A DNA stretch of 64,000 nt from contig CAXXTF010000001.1 of the NCBI GenBank assembly GCA_963665775.2, forward strand, positions 64,001 to 128,000, read 5' to 3'. The notes under the pieces are model-generated. The model had not been told where the DNA came from, did not search any database, and saw only the letters and a list, made by a program, of their open reading frames with translations. A program made the position numbers and the translations under genes. Below are positions 40,313 to 52,404 of this stretch, piece by piece (the first letter of the stretch is position 1; each line of letters opens with the position of its first letter). The DNA comes from Dehalococcoidia bacterium. Its GTDB lineage: Bacteria; Chloroflexota; Dehalococcoidia; SM23-28-2; RBG-16-64-32.

Positions 40313-40555
40313 GCTGGTTGTCCTCCCTCTGGGCTCGTCCCGGTGGAAGTCGGAGGCGCACCGGCTGATGGGCGGGTGCGTTACCGGACTGACTAACGGG
40401 CGAGCATCGTTGACTCCATCATCATGATAGGTTTACCAGTTCTTAACTTCAGTAAATAGATGGTGAAGAAAGCGGATAATCGCTCAAATCGTGGCCGCCC
40501 ATCGAGGCATCTATGACACATCTCCGCTGGGCCCCGTATAATCTGAGTCAGCGTC

Positions 40556-41614
40556 ATGGAAAACCAGCTGCGGGTCACGCTAACCCTGCCCCTGGTCGAG
40601 GAGCTCATGGAGCGGCTGCGGAGCGTAGACCCTCGCCTGCAGGTGACAACCCTCAGCCAGGCCCAGCGTCGCCAGTTTCGGGGCCGCCGCCCTCTCTGGG
40701 TCGGATACGCGGAGCCTCCGGGCCCACAGGAGGAGAGCGACGAGGAGGCGCGGCGGAACCTGGACAGCGTCCTGGCCGGGACAGAGGTGCTGCTCACCAG
40801 CTCCACCATCATCCCCGAGGACATCCTGACCCGGGCACCCGGGCTCCGCTGGATTCAGCTCACCAGCGCCGGAGTCGACCGCATGTTGGACAGCCCACTC
40901 CTACGCGCGGGGGTCACAGTCACCACGGTCAGCGGCATTCATGCCGTGCCCATCGGCGAGTACGTGCTGGGGGCGATGCTGGCCTTCGCCAAGGGGCTCC
41001 CCGGCGCCGCCAGGGCACAGGCAGGGCGGAGCTGGCAGCCCTACCCATCTCAAGAGCTCCTGGGCAAGACGGTAGGCATCGTCGGCCTGGGCGCCATCGG
41101 CGGCCACGTGGGCGGATTGGCCCGAGCCCTCGGCATGCGGGTGCTGGCCATCAAACGCTCAGCCCAGCGCCGGGAATCGGGGGTCGGCGGTGTCGATGAG
41201 CTGCTGCCGCCCAGCGAGCTGCCGTACTTGCTCTCCGAGAGCGATTACGTGATTGTGGCGGTACCCCTGACGCCGGAGACGCGGGGGATAATCGGCGAGC
41301 CTGAGCTGCGCTCGATGAAGCCTACCACCGTCATCATCAACATCGCTCGCGGCGCCATCATCGACGAGGCAGCCCTGGTGCGGGCGCTGAAGGAGGGCTG
41401 GATCGCCGGCGCCGCCCTGGACGTGTTCGAGCAGGAGCCGCTGCCGACGGAGAGCGAGCTCTGGGGGCTGGAGAACGTCATCGTGACGCCCCACATCAGC
41501 GGCGGTACCCCCCGCTACATGGAGCTGGCGGTAGAGCTCTTCTGCGATAACCTGCGGCGCTACCTGGCAGGGGAGCCCCTGCGCAACGTGGTGGACGTGA
41601 ACCGCGGGTACTGA
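40556..41614 (+). CDS. D-2-hydroxyacid dehydrogenase
   Basis: GLGAIG, INIARG, ALDVFEQEP, TPHISG. Confidence 0.94.
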   Translation: MENQLRVTLTLPLVEELMERLRSVDPRLQVTTLSQAQRRQFRGRRPLWVGYAEPPGPQEESDEEARRNLDSVLAGTEVLLTSSTIIPEDILTRAPGLRWIQLTSAGVDRMLDSPLLRAGVTVTTVSGIHAVPIGEYVLGAMLAFAKGLPGAARAQAGRSWQPYPSQELLGKTVGIVGLGAIGGHVGGLARALGMRVLAIKRSAQRRESGVGGVDELLPPSELPYLLSESDYVIVAVPLTPETRGIIGEPELRSMKPTTVIINIARGAIIDEAALVRALKEGWIAGAALDVFEQEPLPTESELWGLENVIVTPHISGGTPRYMELAVELFCDNLRRYLAGEPLRNVVDVNRGY

Positions 41615-41727
41615 GGTGCGGACCACGCCACCTCCACGTTATGTACAGCCGCCGCGGGCCAGCCACCTAGACGCGTCTCCTGCCAGATGTGGTACGGACG
41701 CTGCGCTCCGGAGGGCCGCCGCTGTCC

Positions 41728-44388
<2,661 letters not shown>

Positions 44389-44466
44389 AGGAGACCCTCA
44401 CAGTCGGGGCAGGAATAGGGGGCCAGCAGCCCGGCCAAAAGCAGGCCGCGTACAGGTCGCATATCT

Positions 44467-44521
44467 TCGCGGGTGGAGGGCTTAAGGCCTACGTCGCAGG
44501 CCTGAAGGCCTCCCACCGCGA
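44467..44521. repeat. REP-like long palindrome upstream of gyrA
   Basis: TCGCGGGTGGAGGGCTTAAGGCCT-7nt-AGGCCTGAAGGCCTCCCACCGCGA. Confidence 0.65.
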
Positions 44522-44681
44522 GCACATCTCCGGTCACATGGCCATAATACCGCAAAAGAGGCCGATAATCACGCCCGGGAAGGGCCAGAGCCGACACGCA
44601 TTCGGTCCCCGCAGGCCCTTTTATAGCCGATGTCCACCCCGCAGACCCCTTCTGCCGCCCCTACGGCCCGCAGCGAGCAGA

Positions 44682-45482
44682 TTACTTGACCAGCCTCCTC
44701 CGCATGGTGTGAAGGACGATACCGTAGAACAGCGCCGCGACCACCAGGATCCAGGCGATGTCCAACAGGTGCTCCCATTGAGGCTCGCCCCTGGCCAGCC
44801 CCCGGTATACGTCCACGACATGGGTTATGGGGATCCACCAGGCGAGGCGTTGCAGCGTCTCCGGCAGCCGGTCCAGCGGGAAGAAGACGCCGCCCAGCCA
44901 GAACATGGGGGTGATGAAGATAGCGAAGAAGTAGTTGAGGGAGCTGATAGAGCGGGCCACTGAGGTGTAGGTGAGAGCGATAGTAGAGAACATGAGGCCG
45001 GAGAGAAAGGACATGGGCAGAATGAGCAGGGCCAGGGGCGAGTCCAGCAGACCCCAGGCGGCTACCACGGCCAGGATATAGGCGCTGGAGATGACGGAGC
45101 GGGTAGCGCCCCATAGCACCTCGCCGGTGATGACGTCCTCTACGCTGACCGGCGTGGCCACCATGGCGTCGAAGGTGCGATGGTTCTCCATGCGGAAGAA
45201 GGAGCCCCAGGCGCTCTCGCCGGCGGACGCCCACATGGGGAAAACAGCCAGCAGCCCCGGTGCGATGAACTCGATGTACCGCTGGCCGCTGGGCAGCTCC
45301 ACCAGCCCGCCCAGGCCGATGCCCAGGGCCACCAGGCTGATGATCGGCTCCGCCAGGGGCCAGATCAGCTCCGACTTCCAGAGCTTGAGGTAGACGTCTC
45401 GATTCCGCTGCCATACCCGCCCGGCCCGCAGCGAGACGTCCGGCCGGTGCCACAGCTTCCGCGGGGAAGCGGTGGCCGTCAC
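44682..45482 (-). CDS. ABC-2 type permease (NodJ-like)
   Basis: YIEFIAPG, ITGEVLW, GVFFPL, PITHVV. Confidence 0.9.
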   Translation of the reverse strand: MTATASPRKLWHRPDVSLRAGRVWQRNRDVYLKLWKSELIWPLAEPIISLVALGIGLGGLVELPSGQRYIEFIAPGLLAVFPMWASAGESAWGSFFRMENHRTFDAMVATPVSVEDVITGEVLWGATRSVISSAYILAVVAAWGLLDSPLALLILPMSFLSGLMFSTIALTYTSVARSISSLNYFFAIFITPMFWLGGVFFPLDRLPETLQRLAWWIPITHVVDVYRGLARGEPQWEHLLDIAWILVVAALFYGIVLHTMRRRLVK

Positions 45483-46399
45483 TCCACCAACCCCCTTCCC
45501 GTCAGCTGGAGGAAGACATCCTCCAGATTCGCCCGGCGGTACACCACCTTATCAGCCTCCACATTCAGGGAAGAGACATCCAGGCCATCGTTTCCCCGCA
45601 CGTATATGTACAGGATATCCTCCACCTCCTCCACCGTCAGGCCGTTCCGCCCCTCCAGCCGCCGGAGAACGTCCGAGCGCTCCGCCGGCCCCAGGTGCAC
45701 CTCCACCACCTCCCGGCCGGCGAAGCGATTTACCAGCTCATCGGGTGTGCCTTCCGCCATTATTTGCCCCTTGTGCATGATGACGATACGATCGCACAGG
45801 TGGGCAGCCTCGTCCATATAGTGCGTGGTCAGAAGCATGGTGACGCCCTGAGAACGCAAGAACCTGAGCTTCCGCCAGACCAGGTGACGGGCCTGAGGGT
45901 CCAGCCCCGTCGTTGGTTCGTCCAGCACAAGGATTCGCGGCGCGTTGATGAGCCCTCGGGCTATGGTCAGCCGCCGCTTCATACCGCTGGACAGGGAATC
46001 GATGCGCTCGTTCTGCTTCTCCGTAAGCTGGAACAGGGCCAGCGACTCGCCGATGCGCTCCTCGGCCACCTCTCGCGGCAGATCGAAATAGCGGCTGTAG
46101 ACCCGCAGGTTCTGGCGTACGGTAAGGTCCGGGTCCAGGTTCTCATCCTGAGGCACGACACCAAGGGTAGCCTTGATCCGCCGTGGCTCGCGCTGCACGT
46201 CCATCCCGTCCACAGTCAGCACTCCCGCCGTGACGGGGGAGACACAGCTGATCATGCGGATGGTTGTTGTCTTACCGGCCCCGTTGGGACCCAGGAAGCC
46301 GAAACACTCCCCGGCCCGCACGGAGAAGGAGATGCGATCTACGGCTGTGAAGGAACCGTAGCGCTTTACGAGCTCCTTAGCAACGATGATCTCGGACAT
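45479..46399 (-). CDS. ABC transporter ATP-binding protein (NodI-like)
   Basis: GPNGAGKT, LSSGMKRR, LDEPT, TTHYMDEA. Confidence 0.93.
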   Translation of the reverse strand: MSEIIVAKELVKRYGSFTAVDRISFSVRAGECFGFLGPNGAGKTTTIRMISCVSPVTAGVLTVDGMDVQREPRRIKATLGVVPQDENLDPDLTVRQNLRVYSRYFDLPREVAEERIGESLALFQLTEKQNERIDSLSSGMKRRLTIARGLINAPRILVLDEPTTGLDPQARHLVWRKLRFLRSQGVTMLLTTHYMDEAAHLCDRIVIMHKGQIMAEGTPDELVNRFAGREVVEVHLGPAERSDVLRRLEGRNGLTVEEVEDILYIYVRGNDGLDVSSLNVEADKVVYRRANLEDVFLQLTGRGLVE

Positions 46400-46417
46400 G
46401 GCACAGCGGGTATCACA

Positions 46418-46581
46418 TCGGCGGGCCGAGGGTATGTTAGCAGACGCTAGGGCCACGGCAAAGGGGCGGCGGAATAGCCAACCTCTACTGGTCTGCCGGG
46501 CGGTCTAACGGGCAGCCGGGAGGGGCGAGAGGTCTTTAACCGAGTGGGATGGGTCCGTGGCAGGACAGCGCCTGACGCCGA
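46418..46581. ncRNA. Candidate rod-shaped structured RNA (6S-like architecture)
   Basis: Nested complementary blocks by eye with a ~21/22-nt central bubble; strand ambiguous. Confidence 0.3.
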
Positions 46582-46595
46582 GGGGGCCGAGGAGG

Positions 46596-47444
46596 CTATT
46601 CCTCTTCTTCCTCCTCATCTCCTTCCTCCTCAACGTCGGCTTCTACGGTGTCGCCCACACGGCCACGGTGGGGGCCATCGGTAGTGGCGTCCGCCGAGTC
46701 GCCCTCACCAGCCGGCTCCCACTCGTCACCATCCTCGCCATATACCTCTTCGGCGACCTGACGGGGCATCCGCCGCTTCAAATATGGTCTAACCGATTCG
46801 CCCACCGTTGCTGGGAAAGAAAGCTTCCCCACCTGCGAGGGGTGCTGGAAGGTTTCACGTATGAAGAGCCGAACCTCCCGTTCGTCCAGGGCCGAGATGG
46901 CGGCTACATACTGGTTGCCACCGTTCATGAACTTGATGAGGCGCTGGGCCATCTTCGGCTCGACGTCGCCCACGTGCTCACCATCCGCGCTCTGGACCAC
47001 CAAGGAACCGCTCTGCTGGTCGAGGAGTACCTGATCGCCGGCGGTCATGCGGGCGGCCACGGCCATGTTGGGCCGGAGCACGACCGTGACCCCTGTCTTG
47101 CCGGTCTCCTCAATGAACATTTGAGGGGAGAGCTTCTGCGTGCCGGATCGGGGTGCCGCCTCCTCGCCCAGAGAGGCTAGGCGCGCCAGGTTCTTGCGGG
47201 CGATGGCATTCAGCGAGTCGAACTCCAACGCCTTCATATAGGCTTCCCGCGCCTCACTATAGCGGCCCACCTCCGTCATCGCCTTCCCTAGCCTGTTGAA
47301 GGCATCGACATCTGTCGGGAACGACTCGATTATCGCCCGGTTCACCTGAGCCGCGTCGGCCCAGCGGCCCTGAAGGGCCAGTTGTATCGCCAGGTCTGCC
47401 TGCTGTCTCTTCACCTTAGCCCTAGCTTCCGCCTGGAAGACCAT
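46596..47444 (-). CDS. TPR protein with acidic C-terminus
   Basis: DAFNRLGKA...AREAYMKALEFD..N.IARKN; FIEETGKT. Confidence 0.85.
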   Translation of the reverse strand: MVFQAEARAKVKRQQADLAIQLALQGRWADAAQVNRAIIESFPTDVDAFNRLGKAMTEVGRYSEAREAYMKALEFDSLNAIARKNLARLASLGEEAAPRSGTQKLSPQMFIEETGKTGVTVVLRPNMAVAARMTAGDQVLLDQQSGSLVVQSADGEHVGDVEPKMAQRLIKFMNGGNQYVAAISALDEREVRLFIRETFQHPSQVGKLSFPATVGESVRPYLKRRMPRQVAEEVYGEDGDEWEPAGEGDSADATTDGPHRGRVGDTVEADVEEEGDEEEEEE

Positions 47445-47771
47445 CTCATCGCCTCCGCCTAGAGTCGGCTCTGCATTCTAGCCCCCTCGCAGCCGTAACT
47501 GCAAGAGATCACAGTCATACAATGATTTGAATGTTTTAACGTCAAAAACGCCTGCAGGTTTCCTGACGCTGCTCAGTAAATGACGCTGCTCCCGCCAGAA
47601 AATGTTACAGAACCCCATATTCCCCTGCCTCATCGGGTGAGAGCTTAGTCTGCGCCGGTGGACTCAAGATAGCAACCCGCTTGGGCAAAAAACGTCAATT
47701 ACACGATGAGACAGTTCGCTCTCTACGGTATATACGCTTGGGGTGAGCGGAGGGGTTTCAGCAATTAGGGA

Positions 47772-47849
47772 TGGTCGGGGTGGGCGGATTCGAACCGCCG
47801 ACCTCACGGTCCCGAACCGTGCGCTCTAGCCTGACTGAGCTACACCCCG
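47772..47849 (-). tRNA. tRNA-Pro(CGG)
   Basis: CGGGGTGTAGCTCAGTCAGGCTAGAGCGCACGGTT-CGG-GACCGTGAGGTCGGCGGTTCGAATCCGCCCACCCCGACCA. Confidence 0.96.
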
Positions 47850-48059
47850 ACGGCTTGCAGCCACCGGGACTCCCGGACGAACGATACGATCGCAGCAGAG
47901 ACTTGTCGAAGAAGCGTCAACTACCGATGGCACTGGCATGCTAGCAAAGCAGCGCCCCATTGTCGAGAAGCCGCGGTCGTTCGTGCAGCCTGGCCCTCGG
48001 GGCGAAGGCGGCCAGGACCACGAGCCCATCCATCTCGAACGGGATGGAGGCCGTACCGG

Positions 48060-49418
48060 TTAGGTGGCCTCCTTGTCCGTAGGCCGGGCGCGCGCCCGCA
48101 GCCTCCGCAAGAAGTCGCTGTAGAGCCGGAGGTCGCTGGGGCGAACGACCAGCGCCTCCCACACACCGCGGCCGGAGACGCGGCGGTACCAGTAGAGAGT
48201 GGCGACCAGGGCCACCACGTAGGCCACGGAAGAGGCGATGGCCGCCCCCTCCACCTCCAGCCAGGGTATGAGGATCAGATCCAGGCCAATCGTCACTCCC
48301 AGGGCGATGAAGGTGGCATAGGTGTTGTAGATTATCCGGCCCTGGCTGAACAGGTAGCTACCCAGGACACGGGTAGCGCTGGCGGCGATCACCCCCGGCA
48401 TCAGCAGCATCATTGGCGTCGTGGCAGCGGTGAACTCGCCGCCGAACAGGAGCCGAATGAGCAGCGGCGAAACGGCCACGAGGCCGGCGGCCGCCCCCAC
48501 GCTGACCAGCACGGTGTTCCGACAGACCAGGGGGATCATCGCATCGGCCTGCTGGCGGTTCATCTGCGTAAGGCGGGGGAGGAGCACCATGGCCACGGCC
48601 GAGGAGATCCACCAAACGCTCTCGCCCAGGCCCACGGCAACGGTGTAATGACCGACCCCGGCGCGGGAGACGAAAGCGGCCACTAGAAACTGGTCCAGAC
48701 GGTAGTTGAACAGCTGGGCCAGATTGGCCGCCTGCCCCTGGGCCCCGTAGTGAATCTGCTCCTTCAGGGCCTGCCAGGGGGGGTGCAGCAGGCCGCCCAG
48801 GTCTGCCTTACGGACACCCACCAGGACCACGGTCAGGAGATCGGCAAGCAAGAAGGAGGCAGCCCAGGCCGCCAGGGCGCTGAAAACGTCCAGCGTATCC
48901 GCCAGGTAGAGTGCGCCCACCATGAGGAGCCCGGTCAGCCCCTGAGTGACAGCCACGCTACTCAGGGCCAGGAAGCGGCTGGCACCGTGAAGGAAGGAGG
49001 TGAGCAGGATATAGGCCACTATCGCCGGCAGGGCAGAGGCGTACAGCCAGTAGGCGCGACCGGAGACGAACAGCTCCGGCTCGGTTATGAGGCCGAAGGC
49101 GGCCACCAGGACCCAAGTGATGATAGAGGCGACGGTCAGAACGAACAGGCTGCCTGCCAGGAGAACCCGATAGGAGTGGGTGCCTTTGTTCAGGAAGTAG
49201 ATATTGCCGAGCCCGACGCCCAGGCTGGCGATGCCGCCGGCCACCAGGACGGCGACGAAGAAGAGCGAGTAGGTGCCTAGCCCCTCGTCACCGAGGGTAC
49301 GAGCCAGCACCACCCGGAGGCCGAAGGCCAGCCCGTAGATGACGATCTGGGACAGGACGACCAGGTTGACGTTGACCAGAAAGCTGCCGCCGCTAACATC
49401 GTCGAGATCAGACTGCAT
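48060..49418 (-). CDS. Oligosaccharide flippase (Wzx/MATE-like)
   Basis: LARTLGDEGLG, NYRLDQ, VGHYTVA, GAAIASS; about 12 TM. Confidence 0.88.
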   Translation of the reverse strand: MQSDLDDVSGGSFLVNVNLVVLSQIVIYGLAFGLRVVLARTLGDEGLGTYSLFFVAVLVAGGIASLGVGLGNIYFLNKGTHSYRVLLAGSLFVLTVASIITWVLVAAFGLITEPELFVSGRAYWLYASALPAIVAYILLTSFLHGASRFLALSSVAVTQGLTGLLMVGALYLADTLDVFSALAAWAASFLLADLLTVVLVGVRKADLGGLLHPPWQALKEQIHYGAQGQAANLAQLFNYRLDQFLVAAFVSRAGVGHYTVAVGLGESVWWISSAVAMVLLPRLTQMNRQQADAMIPLVCRNTVLVSVGAAAGLVAVSPLLIRLLFGGEFTAATTPMMLLMPGVIAASATRVLGSYLFSQGRIIYNTYATFIALGVTIGLDLILIPWLEVEGAAIASSVAYVVALVATLYWYRRVSGRGVWEALVVRPSDLRLYSDFLRRLRARARPTDKEAT

Positions 49419-49543
49419 CGGACTATCCCGGCTCCGGGTGCGGCCGCAGGCAAGAGTCGGCGGCTTTCTGGTCAACGAGAGCCATCACCCAACAGCGTAC
49501 CACTAACGCTAATGCGCCCTCATAGCGGGTAACTCCTCCCGCC

Positions 49544-49679
49544 CAGGAGCCGAATGAGCAGCGGCGAAACGGCCACAAGGCCGGCAGCCGCCCCCACGCT
49601 GACTAGCACCGTGTTCCGACAGACCAGGGGGATCATCGCATCGGCCGGCTGGCGGTTCATCTGCCTAAGGCGGGGCAGG
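49544..49679 (-). pseudogene. 136-bp diverged copy of an internal flippase segment (48447-48582)
   Basis: Same orientation, offset 1097 bp, 7 mismatches by manual alignment. Confidence 0.85.
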
Positions 49680-49847
49680 TTCCCTTCAACCGTAACAGAA
49701 CGCCTTCGCTCGGCCTCAGCAGCCCAAGACCCCAGCAACCGTAAGAGTGGCTCCTTCCAGGCGCAAGATGACGCTCCCGTTGCTACTTCTACAATTCAAA
49801 CGTATAATCCGGCGTGCCCGTTACGACTACCGTGAGGAGGTCATTAG

Positions 49848-50432
49848 ATGCCCAACCTGAATCTAGACATAAGCAGCACCGCCGTCATCGCCAGCGAACT
49901 GAGCAAAGGGAATACGGCAAACAACCAGATGGCCGAAGAGCGAGACCTCATCGGGAACGCCAGGCGGGTGATGGATGCCGCGCGGGCAGCCGGCATTCCC
50001 GTGATTCACGTGGCCATAGGCTTCCGCGAGGGCTATCCGGAGGTGAGCGACCGCAACAAGATGTTCAAGATGATCAAGGAGAACGGCACTCTTAAGGCGA
50101 GCAGCGAACAGATGGAGATCCGTGACGAGGTGAAGCCTCTTCCCGGCGAGGTCGTCGTGAGCCGCCCCAGGGTCAACCCCTTCTACAATTCGGAACTCGA
50201 ATCCATCCTCAAAGCGAGAAACATCAATACGCTGGCGATCATGGGCATCGTGACCAATTTCAGCGTGGAGGCCACCGCCCGACACGCCGCCGACGCCGAC
50301 TATCGGGTCATCATTCTGGAGGACTGCTGTGCCAGCCGCCAGCGGGAGGATCACGACCATGCCATCAAGTACGTCCTCTCGATGATAGCGGATATCGCCT
50401 CTTCCCAGGACTTCGTAGAGAGCGTCCGCTAA
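49848..50432 (+). CDS. Isochorismatase/cysteine hydrolase family protein
   Basis: ARAAGIPVIHV, GIVTNFSVEATAR, DCCAS; RBS GAGGAGG. Confidence 0.88.
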   Translation: MPNLNLDISSTAVIASELSKGNTANNQMAEERDLIGNARRVMDAARAAGIPVIHVAIGFREGYPEVSDRNKMFKMIKENGTLKASSEQMEIRDEVKPLPGEVVVSRPRVNPFYNSELESILKARNINTLAIMGIVTNFSVEATARHAADADYRVIILEDCCASRQREDHDHAIKYVLSMIADIASSQDFVESVR

Positions 50433-50442
50433 TCGAGGCCCG

Positions 50443-51138
50443 CTAGCGCCACTCGACGCGGCGAAACGCCTCCGCCAACTTGTATCCTGGCTCCTTACCC
50501 ACCGCCGCCATGCGCTCGCGTAGCCGCTTCCTCATCTCCCGGGCCGGGGTACGCCCTACCTGGCTTTTATGTTGGCGGATCGCCTGCATCCTCTTGGCGA
50601 AGTAATCGCTTACGTCCACGTAATAGTCGGGCTGCTCGCTCCCCGCCAGTAGCGCCTCCTGCACGCGATGCGGCTCCAGCCCTTCCTCTAAGTGTTCCGG
50701 ATACGCCAGATGGGAGCGGGCCAGGGGATAGCCGGCATCCAGGGCCGCCCGACCCGTCAGCATGTGGTCGCGGTGGTTGAAGCTGCGGCGGAACGGGTCC
50801 CACGTCACGAGCACCTCCGGCCGGAAGCGCCGGATCTCCCGCACGAGTTGTCCCCGAAACTCCGGGGTGTCCTCCACGAAACCGTCCGGGTAACGCAGGA
50901 AGACGCACTCGCGCACGCCCAGGACCTTGGCTGCCTGCCGTTGTTCCTTCTCGCGCAGGGGGGCCAGCCGTTCGCGGGTCATCTCCGGATCGTCGCTCCC
51001 CATGTCGCCGCTGGTGGCGAGCACGTAGTTGACCTCCCACCCTTCAGCACACCAACGGGCGATGGTGCCGGCGAATAGGAACTCGGCGTCATCGGGATGG
51101 GCGACTATGACCAGGGCCTTGCGCGGCTCCTCAGCCAT
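50443..51138 (-). CDS. PIG-L/LmbE family deacetylase (MshB/BshB-like)
   Basis: AHPDDAE, TSGDMG, HRDH, HKSQ. Confidence 0.92.
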   Translation of the reverse strand: MAEEPRKALVIVAHPDDAEFLFAGTIARWCAEGWEVNYVLATSGDMGSDDPEMTRERLAPLREKEQRQAAKVLGVRECVFLRYPDGFVEDTPEFRGQLVREIRRFRPEVLVTWDPFRRSFNHRDHMLTGRAALDAGYPLARSHLAYPEHLEEGLEPHRVQEALLAGSEQPDYYVDVSDYFAKRMQAIRQHKSQVGRTPAREMRKRLRERMAAVGKEPGYKLAEAFRRVEWR

Positions 51139-51147
51139 GGGCTGCCG

Positions 51148-52377
51148 TCAGGCTATGTGTGCCCCTACGGCAACGCCCCGGTACTGAGAGACCAGCTCAT
51201 GGTAGACATCCTCGACCTGGGCAGCCACCTCCGACCAGCGGAAACGCTCCACGGCGATCCTGGCCTCGCGGCCCAGCTGACGGCGCAGGCGGGCGTCGCT
51301 CAGAAGCTGGTCCAACCGTTCGGCGAAGGGCTGTGGGCAGCGCCAGGGGACCAGATATCCCGTCTCACCATCCTGCACAGTCTCCCGGAGACCGCCCACT
51401 CGGGAGGCCACGACGGGAACCCCGCAAGCCATCGCTTCCAGAGCGACCAGCCCGAAGCTCTCGTAGTACGAGGGGACGACGCACACGTCGGCGGCGTTGT
51501 AGTAGAGGGGCAGATCATCATGGGGCACGGCGTCCAGGAAGCTCACCCGCTCACCGATGCCCAACTCGTCGACCAGCGCTCGTAACTCGGCCTGACGTGC
51601 GGCCTCCTTGCCATCGCCGCCCACGGCCAAGAGGCGGAATTCGCCTTCCAGTTTGCTCACGGCCCGCAGCAACACATCGATCCCCTTGAGAGGCTCGATG
51701 CGCCCCACGAAGAGCACCAGGGACTCCTTCGCAGGCAGCTTCAGACGCCGGCGGGCACGGGAACGGCTCATGGGCCGGAAATGCTCCGTGTCCACCCCGC
51801 AGGGAATGCAGGTGACACGGTCGTCGGGGACGCCGTACAGCTTCAGCAGCGTCTCCCGCTCGCTCTCGCTGGCGCAAATGATGCGGTCCGCGCCCTGAGC
51901 CAGGAGCCGCTCGCCGGCGATGCGATCATAGGGCTCCCTCTTAGCCAGTCCGGCCCGATTCTTCGCCTCACCCAGGGTATGGAACATGATGACGTGAGGT
52001 GCGCCCCAGCGCACCTTCAGCGCCTGGCCCACCCATCCGGACAGCCAATAATGGCTGTGCACCAGGTCATAGACGCGTCCCTCACCCTCCTGGAAGGCCA
52101 GGACGCCGCTTCGGAACTGTGGCAGGTAGCTTCGCAGGGAACCCTTATCGGCATCCGGAGCCCCGGCCTCGATCTGGATAACGCGGGTGCGCTCGTCGAT
52201 CATCACCACCTCGGGGGTGGCCTGGTCGACACGGCGGGTGAAGATATCCATGGTGTGGGCGCGGCGGCCCATCTCCCGGCTCAGCTCCCGAATGTAGACG
52301 TTCATCCCGCCACTGTCCAGAGTGCCGGGGCGGGCAAGCGGCGAAGTGTGAACGGAAACGACGGCGATGTTACACAT
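51148..52377 (-). CDS. GT4 glycosyltransferase, MshA-like (inositol-phosphate GlcNAc transferase)
   Basis: [49 protein letters not shown]. Confidence 0.9.
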   Translation of the reverse strand: MCNIAVVSVHTSPLARPGTLDSGGMNVYIRELSREMGRRAHTMDIFTRRVDQATPEVVMIDERTRVIQIEAGAPDADKGSLRSYLPQFRSGVLAFQEGEGRVYDLVHSHYWLSGWVGQALKVRWGAPHVIMFHTLGEAKNRAGLAKREPYDRIAGERLLAQGADRIICASESERETLLKLYGVPDDRVTCIPCGVDTEHFRPMSRSRARRRLKLPAKESLVLFVGRIEPLKGIDVLLRAVSKLEGEFRLLAVGGDGKEAARQAELRALVDELGIGERVSFLDAVPHDDLPLYYNAADVCVVPSYYESFGLVALEAMACGVPVVASRVGGLRETVQDGETGYLVPWRCPQPFAERLDQLLSDARLRRQLGREARIAVERFRWSEVAAQVEDVYHELVSQYRGVAVGAHIA

Positions 52378-52404
52378 TAGGTTCCCTCATGATAACACGA
52401 ACGG

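Noticed and set aside
40370-40410. Second c-di-AMP riboswitch (CCCGTTAGTCAGTCCGGTAAC on minus strand)
   Set aside because: Resembles only the 3' block; the 5' conserved motifs are absent
48447-49679. DGR template/variable repeat pair
   Set aside because: Mismatches are not adenine-specific on either strand and are mostly synonymous; no reverse transcriptase in the window
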